From the NCBI GenBank assembly GCA_030704615.1, contig CM060732.1:55428001-55492000 (forward strand): a stretch of DNA of 64,000 nt. Reading direction: 5' to 3'. Source of the DNA: Takakia lepidozioides (lineage: Eukaryota; Plantae; Bryophyta). The notes beneath the pieces are model-generated. The model was not told the origin of the DNA. It worked only from the letters and a program-made list of their open reading frames with translations, and did not search any database. Shown in pieces: positions 25,552-38,399 of this stretch. The position numbers and the translations under genes are program-made. Position 1 is the stretch's first letter. Every line of letters starts with the position of its first letter.

Positions 25552-26677
25552 TGGCCACCCAAAAAACTTTTAATGCATTAATTTGTGCGCAAGTAGACTT
25601 TGCTGTCATACTATAGTGAGCCATGTTGTGATGCTGAACTCTGGCGCCAAGGTCTCCTTTCCTCGGTAGGGCATGCAAGTTTTGGGGGCCAGCGCAATGT
25701 CTCACTAGGAGAATAGGATCAACCTGGAGAGAACTCTCAAGATTCTCAGTTCATCACTAGACTTCCACCCAAAACACTATTCCATCCCTGTACCCACAAG
25801 GGGAAGAGACTCTTATTTAGACTAACTTGGGTTGGGGTCGTCTCTCTCTCTTCCGAGGCATCCTGCGCATTCTTCTTTGCCAATCGATTGAGCAAAGCCA
25901 GACTATGAAGATCCCAAGCATCCATCACACGGCCCAGTGGTTAGGGCAGAGGCTCCCTTGTCAATGGTCATGGTTCACAGCAAGACAGAGGTATGTTGGA
26001 TGTAACCAACTGGTCAAATAGTCTGTTGGTACCCACTATGTTTCCTCCATTACAAGGTGTCCACCACCATTTTCCCTTCTGTCACTCTGAGCTGCTCCAA
26101 GGGCTCTCTTTGTTACCAATGTGTATGAACTACCAAGCCTTAGCCCACAATGCCTAACAAACCTCACTCCCCCTGGATTTTCTGCAGCATCTGTGGTTCT
26201 ATGTTCCAAATTCCACCATCTACAATCTTAACATGCTGCAATGTATCAATACCTTGGGATTCTCTCTCTTTTGGGCACATGTAGCTAATTCAAATGTTGA
26301 ACCAAACTCTCCCAACAGGCAGACTAACAAACTTTCTTACATCCCGATAGGCACCCTCTACAACAAACCCCAACTGTGCTTTGAACAACTGCATAATGAG
26401 ACTCGGTATCCAATCATTAAGATTCGGGCTGCTTTCACCCAGCAGAGATTATATTTTTGACACCATTGGATTGTAATCATAAAACTTCAGGCTTTTCTCA
26501 AAAGCTGACCACTTGGGGAGCAGCCTGCCTTCGGCGTCTCGCTATACCGCCGCCGCCCTAAGGTGAAAAATGGGCATGCGTGATAAGTACATGAACAACA
26601 CGGCCATAAAGTACAGTAGATAAAAATTACAAGTATAACAACCTGGAAATATAGATAACTGAGCCTCATCAATTGCT

Positions 26678-29600
26678 TTAATGCATTATTAACTGAAACG
26701 CCTCATTGGTGCTTTCATCTAAATACTCGAAGCCGAGAGCATCAGCCTGGGCAATGAACTCTAGCTCATCTTCTGCAGGAACTTGGACTCCGACCAGCAC
26801 ATTGGCCCCCATCTCTCCCTGCACCCATGTCAATATTCATTATCCCACCGTCCAAGCACCCTGCTCTTCACATTTAGAGATATTCATCTTACTGCTAGCT
26901 GGTAGGACCATCCAAAATGATTCAAGAACCTTTGCAGTCCTAAAACAGTTACATCCGACCTGCAATGGTGGGATTGTGAGATACCTGTGAACGATAGTGG
27001 AAAAGAGTGATGTTCCAACGTGAGCTGAGAGCATCCAAAAACTTCATCAAAGCCCCAGGCCTCTCTGGAAAAACGAATCTGTAGAGAAGCTCGCTTTCCA
27101 CTTTTGTACGCCCCCCCATCTGCACCACCACAGTGATTCAGAAAACAAATCAACGGTGATACTACTGAGCGAGAATACCATCCATACATAGAGCTCTTTA
27201 CAATACAGTTACAGGAGACCTGGACCACTTTGTGACGGTGACATCTGAGAGTAGTATCTTGACCTTACAGCCCCAGGGAATGGACTGCAATCCTATTTAT
27301 GAAAGGGATACACAAGGAGGTGAGCAGCCAAGAAAGGGAGAGGAGAGACCAGGTGGCGGAGATGGTCTTTGGCAAGGTCATTATTAGTCATGTCAACTGT
27401 ACGCAAGCCAGCACTTTCCATGCGTTCTTTGAGTGCTGACAATTCCTCCGCCTTGTGCAGTCCGACACTGAAGACCACCACCATGTGGTTTAGCAACTGG
27501 CAGTGTTTGATTAATATATACATCGTTACCTCTAACAGGTGTTCAGCGTGACTGACAGTACCAACAACATTTGTAGTACCCAGAGGGCTACAGTCTGTCC
27601 ATCCATTTCCCAACTGAATACACAGTGCAACAGTAACTAAAGAGATGAGAGATCATTCCAGCATGCCAATATTATGCTTGATATTATTGCAGAAACCAGT
27701 ATTGAATCAACAGTCAGCTCCCTCTCATCAGATTGTTGTCACTCGCGTCCAAGCGCTCCTCCAATTCTAGGGTGTGTTAAACTGTTCATACAGTGGGCTA
27801 ATCTAGCCTAGGGACTACGCCCTCCTGGCCAATAAACACAGCAACCCCTCACTGCATAACCTCCTCATATTGTCCCATGGGCCCCCATTGAACGTTATGA
27901 AGTTCCATTCTCTCTTTTCTTTCCCTCTCTCCCAAACCTGATCTTGGAGTCTGTAGGACACTTGATCCAAAATTCGGAACATCTGCTTTCAAACCAATTA
28001 TGTACCAAAGTTCGAAAGAATTATTAGGGAAATTATAACTGCTATTGAGACTAACACTTCAACTCACCATACCTGTACAGAACTAAAGCTTTTTCCTCAC
28101 TTGTCCACCGATACTTGAACTCAGAGATATTGATAAGACCTACCTGCAGCACCCAGCCACAAGCCCCATTCACCACTTAAAGCCATAATTGATAACATAG
28201 GGGTGTGCAGCTTGGCAGACAGAAAACTTTTAATGCGTCCATACTGAAAAACTGCAAATTAAATCTGTTGTGCGGTGGGTAACAACCACCCAAAAGGAAT
28301 TTTGCTCTACGGAATGTGTAATTCAGGTGCATCAGTAATCTGATATACCTTCTTGTATCGACCTCTACCGAAGGCTTATGCATTCTAACACAGGTGCTGT
28401 TCACTAACCCTTTTGTATTTCAGAAGCACAGCTCACCGTTGTCATTGTGTTCAGTGATGCACTCTGTAAATTTCCCTTTACAGAGAAATGTCCGAGTTTG
28501 AGGAGGAGAGAAAGAGAAAGAGATCATGTGTACTCAAAAGACTCACTTTGCTGTAGCCCACTGCCTAGTTAGCAGAGCGCAGAGACGGGTAGAGGAGGGA
28601 TGGAAAGCAGAATGGATACTCTTGCTCTAGTAGTATGACCTACAACTGTATGGGTGTGATGTGTGAGGGAGGGAAGGAGGCTATTATATACTTCATGGTA
28701 CCAGGTGCACAAATGCTTTGAAAGACCCTCGCTCCTCTGGCATAAAAGTTGCAAGAACTGCTTCCTTGCGGGCACCGACGTCAGCAAGCTCTGTCACAAT
28801 GCGCAGTCGATCGAAGTTCATGTTCGCACCACTGGTGATGGCTACAACTGCCTCATCCTTAATTCCATAGTACTCGCAATACGCTTTTGCACCTGCCAAC
28901 GCTAAAGCCCCAGCTGGCTCCAAGATGCTCCTCTTCTCCTCAAACATGTCCTGAATCACATTGAGTATGAATGGAGTGGAATCTCCCCGGAAATCAACAT
29001 GCCCAGTGATATACCCGCCATTGACCATACAAAGCTGTCCAAAGCAAGAACAGCAAAACCAATTCCTCTGCAAGCTGCAGGAACGGCGATACAAATAATG
29101 ACATATACATGCAAATTTTGACTTCGAAAAGACCCACCTTAATCGCCGCACAAATGGAGTCGCGGCTGACCAAGACAACTCCATCAATGAGCTCCCGACA
29201 CAACCTGAACGTCTCTTCTCCCACCAGCTTCACTGCAACACCATCTGCAAAGCCCCCGCACTGTTCCAGCAATACACGTTGGCCGTGGTGAAGTGATAAG
29301 GCCATGGCATTTGCATCTGCCGGCTCCACTCCTATTATTTTCACCTGCCAATATCCCAAAAACCATCAACCCATTTGCTACAGTTCTCAGGTGAGTCTAA
29401 CTCGCTCCAACCTGCTGAAAGACAGCAGACCATGCAAGCATCCATCACAGCACCAAAAACTCTACAGAAAAGAATACCAACCTCTGGGCGCACTTGTTTC
29501 ATATATGCAGCGATGCCAGCAATAAGACCCCCCCCACCAATGGGTACAAATACAGCATGCAAAGACCCAGGATGCTGCCTCACAATCTCCATACCCACTG

Positions 29601-31534
29601 TGCCTTGCCCGGCAATAATATCTGGGTTGTCAAATGGTGGGACGAAAATGCGACCCTCCTCCATACCACGCTGCTTAGCATATGCTTGGGTTTCATCGTA
29701 AGCATCTCCTACCAACACAACTGTTGCCCCTAGCCTCTTCACAGACTTCCACTGCACAACAGCAAGACAAGAAGTTCTTTTGTTAACATTTGGTAATGAT
29801 TTTAGTTGTGGTCATACACATACTGCATGGGAATTGTTGCAGTTTGTCTGGTCAATCTAAAAGATCAGAAACCGGTTCTAACAAGAGAACGTTAATCTGA
29901 AAGGCAATGGAAAGCAACAAGACCATAGCATGACTGATAACTGTTGTGGTTCATTTGAGATCCTGCCAAGTCACAGGTGTGAAGCTCTCATTGTAGACAC
30001 CTCACAAAACAGGTGCTTGGAGAGGGTAGTTGCACAACAACAATAACATCACCATGCTCTTGGACACATCTCAAAAATAAAATGGAGATCTGAACTGGAT
30101 CAACCAGAACTTGGTGATTTAAAATCTCTGGCTAGCTTGATAGTAACTCGTAGAAGCTAATTGTATCCAATTCAAGTCACAAGCTATCTACAGACCTGGA
30201 GCACCATTTCCCTTCGAGGAGGATTTTTAAGGGCTAAAGAAATTAAATAATAATAATGAGCTGATGTATTGTTGAAATCCCATCTGCTCTCTTCCTTGCA
30301 GAACAGTATTTAGCATGTGGCTGACCTTAATTTCAGGGGTTGTGACAGGCATCACAATGACAGCATCACACTTGAGTTTGCGAGCTGCCAAGGCCACACC
30401 CTGTGCATGGTTGCCAGCAGATGAACAAATCACCCCTCTGTCCAGTTGCTCTCGAGATAGATTTGCCATCATATTATATGCACCTCGCAGTTTGAATGAA
30501 AACACCTGTATGTACCACCCCAACCTGTCAGTGGATCCTAAACCAAAGTTTAACTTTCCACTTAATTGCAACCCACCCACACTACAAACCTCCCACAGGA
30601 ATAGAAGCCTCCCAAATGCACAAGGGGGCTCAACGATATCCTTTCCATAACAAATTCAGAATAAAAAATTCTGATATCAAAGGTCAAGCCGACGTTCTTT
30701 CACAGACAAGCACAACCAGCAACTCCTTGGACGAATTAAAATTGCAGTCCTCGATAGCAAGTGTTTCGTCTTTAGAAGTGGACCCAAATTAGAAGGGAAG
30801 CGACGCATTACTCGGGACTTTTTGTGTACATTCCTGTGCTCCAAAATTATGTAAGCATTCGCAGGAGATAACTCTACAAGGCAGTGAATGTTGAGAACAC
30901 GCACCGGCTGCATGTCTTCCCGCTTGAGCCAAAACTGCACCCCGGTCCTTTCACTGACCTTAGGCGCAAGCTCAAGAGGGGACTCAATCGCTACATCATA
31001 CACTTTTGAGGTCAATATGCGCGTCAAATACGACAATGAGCTAGTCCTCTCTCCCGATGTCTCCAAGTCCTTGGTCTTCTCCGAGATGCCCCCCAAGTAC
31101 CCAGCTTCGTAATGCAGGGATTCAGGCATCGCCCGAAGAAAAGGGCTTGGAATTGGAGACGGTTCACTCTGTGGTGGCACACCGACTCCCACATCGGGAT
31201 CCAACGAGGACGTCAAAACTGCAGCAGTGGGAGATGCGACCCCGTGCGGGGTTGTGACCTGCTTTGAGCTCTGAGCTCTGGTCGAATTTGCAGACTTGAA
31301 TGCAAGGTCTTCACCCACTGAGGCTCTCACTGCAGTTCTTCGCTCCTTCAATCTCTCCCCTCCCTGCTTTCCAACCAATTGCTGCTCCAGCTGCACCCCA
31401 CAGCTCAGCCTGGCCTTCCTCAGTCCAGCGAATGCCCCTGCGTCCACAATAGTACGCCTTCCTTGCAAAAGTTGCTGCACTCTGGGGACCTCCACAGCAC
31501 CCGCCGCCATAGATGGCGAGCTCATAGCTGCCAT
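26678..31534 (-). CDS. OMR1: Plastid biosynthetic threonine dehydratase/deaminase, intact, 9 exons
   Basis: Exons 31534-30905, 30505-30326, 29751-29482, 29344-29138, 28950-28702, 28143-28073, 27467-27350, 27119-26985 and 26818-26678, all GT-AG and in phase. Motifs [36 protein letters not shown] and ACT-like FPERPGAL; N-terminal transit-peptide-like region. Confidence 0.97.
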
Positions 31535-31779
31535 CTTGGCCCTCCACAACTACTTCCGCTCCCACCTCCCACACATGCGCAAGAGCAAAACAAGAGAAGG
31601 ATCTGTGGGTCCCGTCCTGCAACGCGCACAGAGCAACAGACAACGCGAGCGATGCTGCACCCCCAAACCCTAGTCTCTGATTCTCTGTCGCGACGGGAAC
31701 CGGCGGCTTCGGTTTCCATCTCCGAAACATATTACCTGCGTGCAGGTAATTCTATACTTTGCCAGAACGTATATATAAT

Positions 31780-32830
31780 CCTTGCCACCTTTTCTTTCTC
31801 ATCCACCTGCCAGCCGCAGCATAGATTGTTCGATAGCAACACAGAAGCTGCAGGGTGCTGTGGATCAGTTTTGAGAATGCCTGCTGCGCGTTTTGCTAGA
31901 TCCACATCACCATGAATTCTGCAGGCACCAAGCAAGGGCCCCCGCACTGAAGCATTGGGTTCAAATGACATATAGCTTATGAGGTCGTCTGCTCATCCAG
32001 ACGCCCTACACGGCCAATTAAGAAGGTCCGCCATCCAGCCAAAATGCTACACTGTAGGAGTGAGGCCATGTCTGGTGTCATGGAAACAAAGTAGTGACAG
32101 CCTAGGCTGGAACAAGCGTTCAGAACACAAGTGAATGTGACAGTATTGGGTGCCACACCCCTTCCTTTAATTTGCATTTGCTCATAGATCTGGACAGCCT
32201 GCCTACCACACCCATGCTGAGCATGTCCTGCTATCATCGACGTACTCCAAGAAAACACGTCTCGTTGAGCGATATTGAAGCTGTCAGCTAGGCGAGAACA
32301 TGCTTTGAGAATGAGACTCTGTTGGCATCACCCCTTTCCGTTAAATTTGCTGATAGATTTCATAAGCCTCCCTACCACAGCCATGCTTAGCGTATCCTGA
32401 GATCATTGAACTCCATGAGACCACATCTCGTTCGGCCATACTGTCAAATACTTGATGTGCATCCTTCATGCTGCCCCCTTTGGCATACATGTCAGCAGGA
32501 GCAGTCTCCACAACAATATGTGGTGCAATTCCAACCAAGATGAGGTCAGCAGTCAGCATGCACCTTTTTACCCGGCCTTCCCCAAGGCTCTTAGGTCGGC
32601 ACAGGCACTGAGAACGAAAATGAACGTGACTCTGTTAGGTGTCACCCATTCCAGTCGCATTTGCTCGTATACATTCAAAGCCTCCCTACAAAACCCATGC
32701 TTGACATACCCTCTGCGATCATTGTATTCCATCTATGCACAAAGTACGTTCCTGAATTTTGTCAGACACTTGGCAGCGTCAACATGGCAGCATCCACCAT
32801 GTTGACAAGGGTGTTGAATAGAATGATGTT
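31780..32830 (-). pseudogene. Decayed PLS-PPR (E-class) gene
   Basis: Fragments DMYAKGGSMKDAHQVFDSMAERDVVSWSSMISGYAKHG, PNTVTFTCVLNACS, GRVGRLDE and LLGACRIHGDVDLAKRAA...VLLSN, with many frameshifts and stops. Confidence 0.85.
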
Positions 32831-35509
32831 TGGCTTTTTCCCACGTCGGACCAGCTACACATGAACCTGCTTTCTCTCAGCTAGCTCCTTTACTGTTGAT
32901 GCACTCCTGCAAGAGGCAGGTCTACATATGTATGGAGTCTGCCAATTCTCTCGTTGGTTCAAAATCAGCGCTTCTTTCAGTCGTCCTGCCGTGTCTTCAG
33001 ATCCCCAGACAAGCTCTTGTTGATTCCCTCTCTCGGTCCTGTTGCATTAATAGAATGTAAAGTAGAATTAGACATTGATGAATGACAAGGTGAATGAGTA
33101 GAATGACTTTGTCGTCGTGGGCATCCGAATCGATCTCTTAAGCACAACTTGTAGGCGCTCTTCAAATTCACTTTTCTTCACACGGTACGTGCTACCTGTA
33201 ATCAACACTCCAATATCCAAAGTGACAAACAAACACATCAAGTCCTCTTAGGATTCGCACTCTCTTGATTCAAAATTGCTTTCTATTCCTCCTCTCGCGA
33301 TGGCTTTCTCTATATCTCTCATCAATTTTTCACAGAAGTCCCTCATTTCTATCTCACCTATCTGCATAGGTATTGAGGATTATCAATAAGATAAGCCCCC
33401 CCAAGTTTGTGTGAATTCTGAGGAATAGAGGGTGATTCAAAGAATTAGAAAAGGAGGGAATGGAACGAGCAAAAGAGACTTTGGGCGAGAAACGGGGGGT
33501 GCAAAAAATTCGGAAGGAAAGTGTAAGCAAGATTCAATTAAGGATGGTTGGTGGACATAGAGCCGGTGGGAACAGCGAGAGGGAGATGCGGGGTATAGTG
33601 GAGGGATGGATGCAACCATAGAAGAAAGACATGCGTGCATCGGGGATCACCTCGCCCTGGAGCGACAGCCGAGGGCTAATGCCATTTAGCGAGGAGGTGA
33701 GCACACTTGGGCGGGCTTCTAGAACCATCTGCGGTAGCCTAAACCCACAAGCTCGAGTATATAGTAGCTGCGGGTGCATATGGCCGTGCAGGTCTCACAC
33801 CTTCAAGCCCAAGGTGCCCAAGTGAATCCCTAAGGGAGGTCCTAGAAATATTTTGGAGGACAAACCATTAGGCTATTAATTAATAGGGAGAGTGAGCTGA
33901 AATAAGCCCCCTGAATGAATCAATAGGATGACATTCTATACATTCAACATGGTCCATTGTGCTGATATAGATGAGATAGCCACCAAATAGTACAAAAATC
34001 TACTCAATTTAGACCTTGGATGAGGTTTGGCTCAAGAGCGATGACTATAAAGTGTTTCTCTCTCTTTGAATGTTTGGCCCAGAACCTCCATTTGAAAATA
34101 TTATTAAAGCCTACAGCTTTTTCCACCCTTGACTGCAAAATCTACACCCTTGGCAACCTTTTTATTCGTAACTAAGACTGTGCTAAGATCTACACGACTT
34201 GACCATTCAATCATGTTCACAACTCTATCACTTACCTCCACCTCTAATTTCATGTTTCTTTTTCAATAGGAATGGAATCTTATAGCCATTTTGTGAGTAT
34301 GAAAAAAATTTGCAACCTTTGCAAAATAACAAAATCACAAATCTTATCAAAATTCCTAAATGGCTAGCCCAATTTCCATAGGAATATATCTCATGATGTC
34401 GGGCAGCTTCTCTAGAGTTTTTGGACAAGATTTGGGTATACCTATTTTGTAGTGATCCGGAGTGGAGTCAGCACATTGCATTTTCAGCACTTTGGCACCT
34501 TTTTTATTTAAGAAAAAATTGGATACCAAAATCTGAGTAGACAAGCTTAGCAACAAAGATACAAGTAGTTTATGCATGTCTTTTCAATAAACAGAGTGGG
34601 TAGAAAACCAAGTTGGTCTTTAGCATGTGACTGTTTACTACTGAATAATAAGAAAACTGATTTAGCTTGGATCATCTCTCTCCAAGTTCCTTTCGATCAA
34701 AGTAGTAGGTGGATGGCCAACAGGAATGTTGGTGGCCGTGAAAGCAAGCGTGTTGTTAGGGAGAGCTTTACAGTTGTGAATTGGCATCAGTTCTGTTGGC
34801 CCTGGCCGCTGTCCAATCATTGGAAGAGGTAGATGAAGAGATAAAGGGTCATACACCATTAAGAGGTGATCTCTTGTCCTTTGGAGATCATGCCTGTGGT
34901 TTTCTTCTCAAAGAGTGCTTCCAACAGTGTAAATGTGTTGGCGATTAAGTGCTTGGTTCCAATTTTGATTGTGGTCTCACCCCATGGCTTCGAAAGTACA
35001 ACTCTTGTAACCAGATCACCCTGGAGGTGGTGGGGTAGCATAGATGTGGGCTTCTTCCATCAGTGCTAGGATCTGAGTCACTGGTTTGCAGTACAAAGCA
35101 GCCCCAACGAAAACAAGTCAAGTGAAAAATTCACAAAAAGTGTGTTATCATGTGAGGCACACAATTCCCATGCGAAGAAAAATTTAAAAACAGAACAGTG
35201 CCAATGTTTATTGGTTTTTATAGCATTCATCCAAAGCCTCATGCTCTGTTGAAACACGTGTCTTTTGTTTCTGGCATTCACCTATTTTCTTGTTAGCTAA
35301 GCTTTCTTGAAGTAACTTGATTAGTTGTTGCAGTAACATCTCTCTTGTGTTGGCATTATTGAGTATGCAGCAGTCTGTATGCACAGATGTGCTTACATTG
35401 TTTTTTAACACGAAGAATCTGATCTGTGTTTACTCTAAGTGTGTATTGATTACCATTGTCTCATTGTTATCTTAGAACTCTTGTGTAAGTCTGTCTGCAT
35501 TTCTTCACA

Positions 35510-35522
35510 GGATATGGGCCCA
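35510..35522 (+). promoter_or_regulatory. Copia primer-binding site of the half-tRNAiMet type
   Basis: ...CACA|GGATATGGGCCCA resembles the GGTTATGGGCCCA PBS of copia/Osser-type elements and lies just before gag. Confidence 0.65.
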
Positions 35523-36768
35523 CAAGGCAGGCTAGTGTAGAAACAAGAGACGTGACAAATTTGTTCACAGAGAGAGAGAGTACAGATGTAGCACATTTCA
35601 GAAAGTTTGATGGGAAGAATAGCTTCTCACTGTGGCGCTACCCAATGGAAATGATTTTCCATGCCAAGAGATATATAAAGATTGTCAACGGCACAGAGAC
35701 GTGGAAGAAACTGACGATCAGGATGTTTGGATAGATAAGAATAATCAGGCCAGAGTCCTGATAACATCAACGATTGCTGAGACTTATCTCAAAATGCTCA
35801 TCCATTGCACAACTGCTGCAGAAATGTGGATAGGCTCAAGGCTATCCATGAGTACAGGTCTAATGAGAACATACACATTCTCCAGAGCAATTTCTTTGAG
35901 TATAAGCTACAAAAGGGAGATAGTATGGTCAAGCATATTTCCAAGATGGCAAGAGAGATCACAGATTTGGGAGTGGTGATACCCGAGAAGCCTGTTATTA
36001 CTAAGGTGAATCTGTGTAGTTTACCACCTAGTTACACACACTTGATGTCCGCTTGGGACTGCTTGCCTGAGGAGTCACAAACTATACAGAATCTCACAAT
36101 TCGTTGCTCAAGGAGGAGAGCCTTAATAAGATGCAAGGCACAGATGACACTGAAAGTGACAAAGCTTTCTGGACAAGACCGGATCAAAAGATTATCGGCA
36201 GAAAGAAAAAAAACCGGATAGTGATCATGTGAGGGAACTGAAGAAGGTGACACGTCCATGTCACAATGTTGGCCATTAGCCGCCACTAGGCCAGAGAGTG
36301 TCATAACAAAGAGCGGAAATATAAAGGAAAGTTTGCAAGAAGAGCGAAGCAAATCTTTCAGTAGTGCAAGAAATAATGAAAGTGTAGTACACAGATGGAG
36401 GGGCATCCGAGCACATGATGGACATAAGAGAATGGTTTAAGACTTTCAAACCTATTGATGAAGGCAAATGGTCAGTTCTTGTCGCAGATGATAGTGAACT
36501 GTGGGTTGCTGGTATTGGTGACATTGATGTCAAGAGAGACATTAAGGGAGTGTGGCTGAGAGAAACTTTAAAAAATTATATATTTCATAGGTTGAGAATA
36601 AATCTTTACTCCATAGGCCAAGCGGCAGATAACGATATCTACACAAGGTATAGAAAGCTCAACTGTATCATGAGAGATCAAGCAGGAGTGTGGAAGGTTG
36701 TTATTACAAGATCAAGAATAGGTAAACTGTACAAGTTGAACCTTAAAGCTATAGAGCAAGAGTCCATG

Positions 36769-37489
36769 TGTCGCGCACCTCACTTCGGTAAGCTCCCCTT
36801 CAAGTCATAGTTACTCGCTTTGATGTACACGCCTAACTCCCAACCTGGCCGCCGGGCCAACTTGGAGCTTCGGCTGCTCACCAGGGCATAACGGTCCCCC
36901 TTTGATCTCCCAAAGAACCCTCCACCGATTTGGGCCCAGCGGGAATTCCCTTTGGTAGTTGGCAGTCCGGAACAGCTCCCCACTCTTTGGTCGCTTTCCG
37001 GCTCGCTCGCTTACTCACTAGTTTTTGGTCACCAACGGGCTTGCACCGTTATCGGGGTTACTACTCCCTATATATACTTCTATAGCTGTCCGTGGGGGTT
37101 TCACAAACAACCATGCCATTTTATGGCGAACCACCACGAAAACCCTCGACTCCCGGTGATGAGTCGCGGTGAGTCTTGGCCCACCCACCACGGCCCCTAT
37201 GGACCGTGATGAGTCCCAAGACTCCCCACGACTCCCACCACGAGGTCTCCGCCCCAAGGTGAGTCCTATGCCACCCCCACTAAGTCCCGCTAAGCTACCA
37301 CCACCCCTTTGTGACCCCACCGCATCCCGGTGTGCGGGGCTCCACCTAGTGAGCACTTCTGCCTCTTTGAGTGCCTTGGGCACTCAAGGGTGCTTCAGCC
37401 CCCTGTACCTATCGCTGCCACTGCCCCCACCACAGGGGCAGCCCCTCATGTGTCCCGACCCCCTGCCCTCAAGGCAAAGGGCCGCGACA
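36769..37489 (-). repeat. 3' LTR of the chromovirus
   Basis: Direct repeat of 43004-43728, roughly 2% substitutions plus 2 small indels by eye. Confidence 0.97.
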
Positions 37490-38399
37490 CACACCCCTAC
37501 CAACAGGGAGTCGATGTCCTCATCGACTTGTCCATTTTGTAGAAACGAACATCCAAGTTGTGGCGTCCCACATCAAAGAGTTTGTTTCCGTACCATGGCG
37601 TCCCATGGCAAAGAACCAAACCCCACACTTGACTCTACTCTCCACTAGCTAGTTCGGCCGACTTCCTCCAAGTCCCGGCCAGGGGTGGAGCCTCTTAAGC
37701 TCCTCCCAGTGCACTCTTCTTGGCCTACTTCAAGGCCAAGGAACGATCCTCCCCGAGGATCGAATCGCCTTACTGCAACAACATTGCTTGCGATCGCTCA
37801 TGATGCCGCTTTTGGCATCGCCTTGCGTAAGGGTTAACCTCGAACCCCCTTTGACTAGGAAGATAACCTTGAACCAACCGTGCGCCCCAATCACTATAAT
37901 TGGGTCCGTCTTGGAATGCTGGCCTGAGGTACGGGAACACGTCGAAGCCGCACTACGACTTCGTCCCGAGGCTACACGATTATAGTACGTGAACGGAAAC
38001 ACGTAGCTTCCGCGTTAGCCCACACTACAAGGCAACCACCTCAGTAGCGCAGTTATAGTACGCGCACGCGCCAGGTGCGCACTAGCACGTGAACTCCCAA
38101 AGAAGGCGCATGTTTCCTTGCCCCTTGGATGGGAGTCACCCGATTTTGGCACTGCACAAACACACGATTAACCCAATTTACCTCTCCCACTTTTGTAAGC
38201 TAGCATACATTCTACACACTAGCCAACCACACCATGCATCACCATTCCAAACAAAATAGGACGCACAACATTTGGAACCCATTTCCTTTATAACAAATTT
38301 TTGTACAATACAAGTTTTTGCAATCGGATTCCTGAGCTAGCTAAGCCGGGCTAAGCATGCATTTCCTCCCCCACGCTCCAAGGTTGATGTCCCCATCAA

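Noticed and set aside
32860-35340. Possible solo LTR and decayed gene
   Set aside because: Composition is suggestive, but I could not identify boundaries, a TSD or any protein motif.
36780-37648. Duplicated small protein genes (also at 43015-43889)
   Set aside because: These ORFs are incidental frames inside the two LTR copies.
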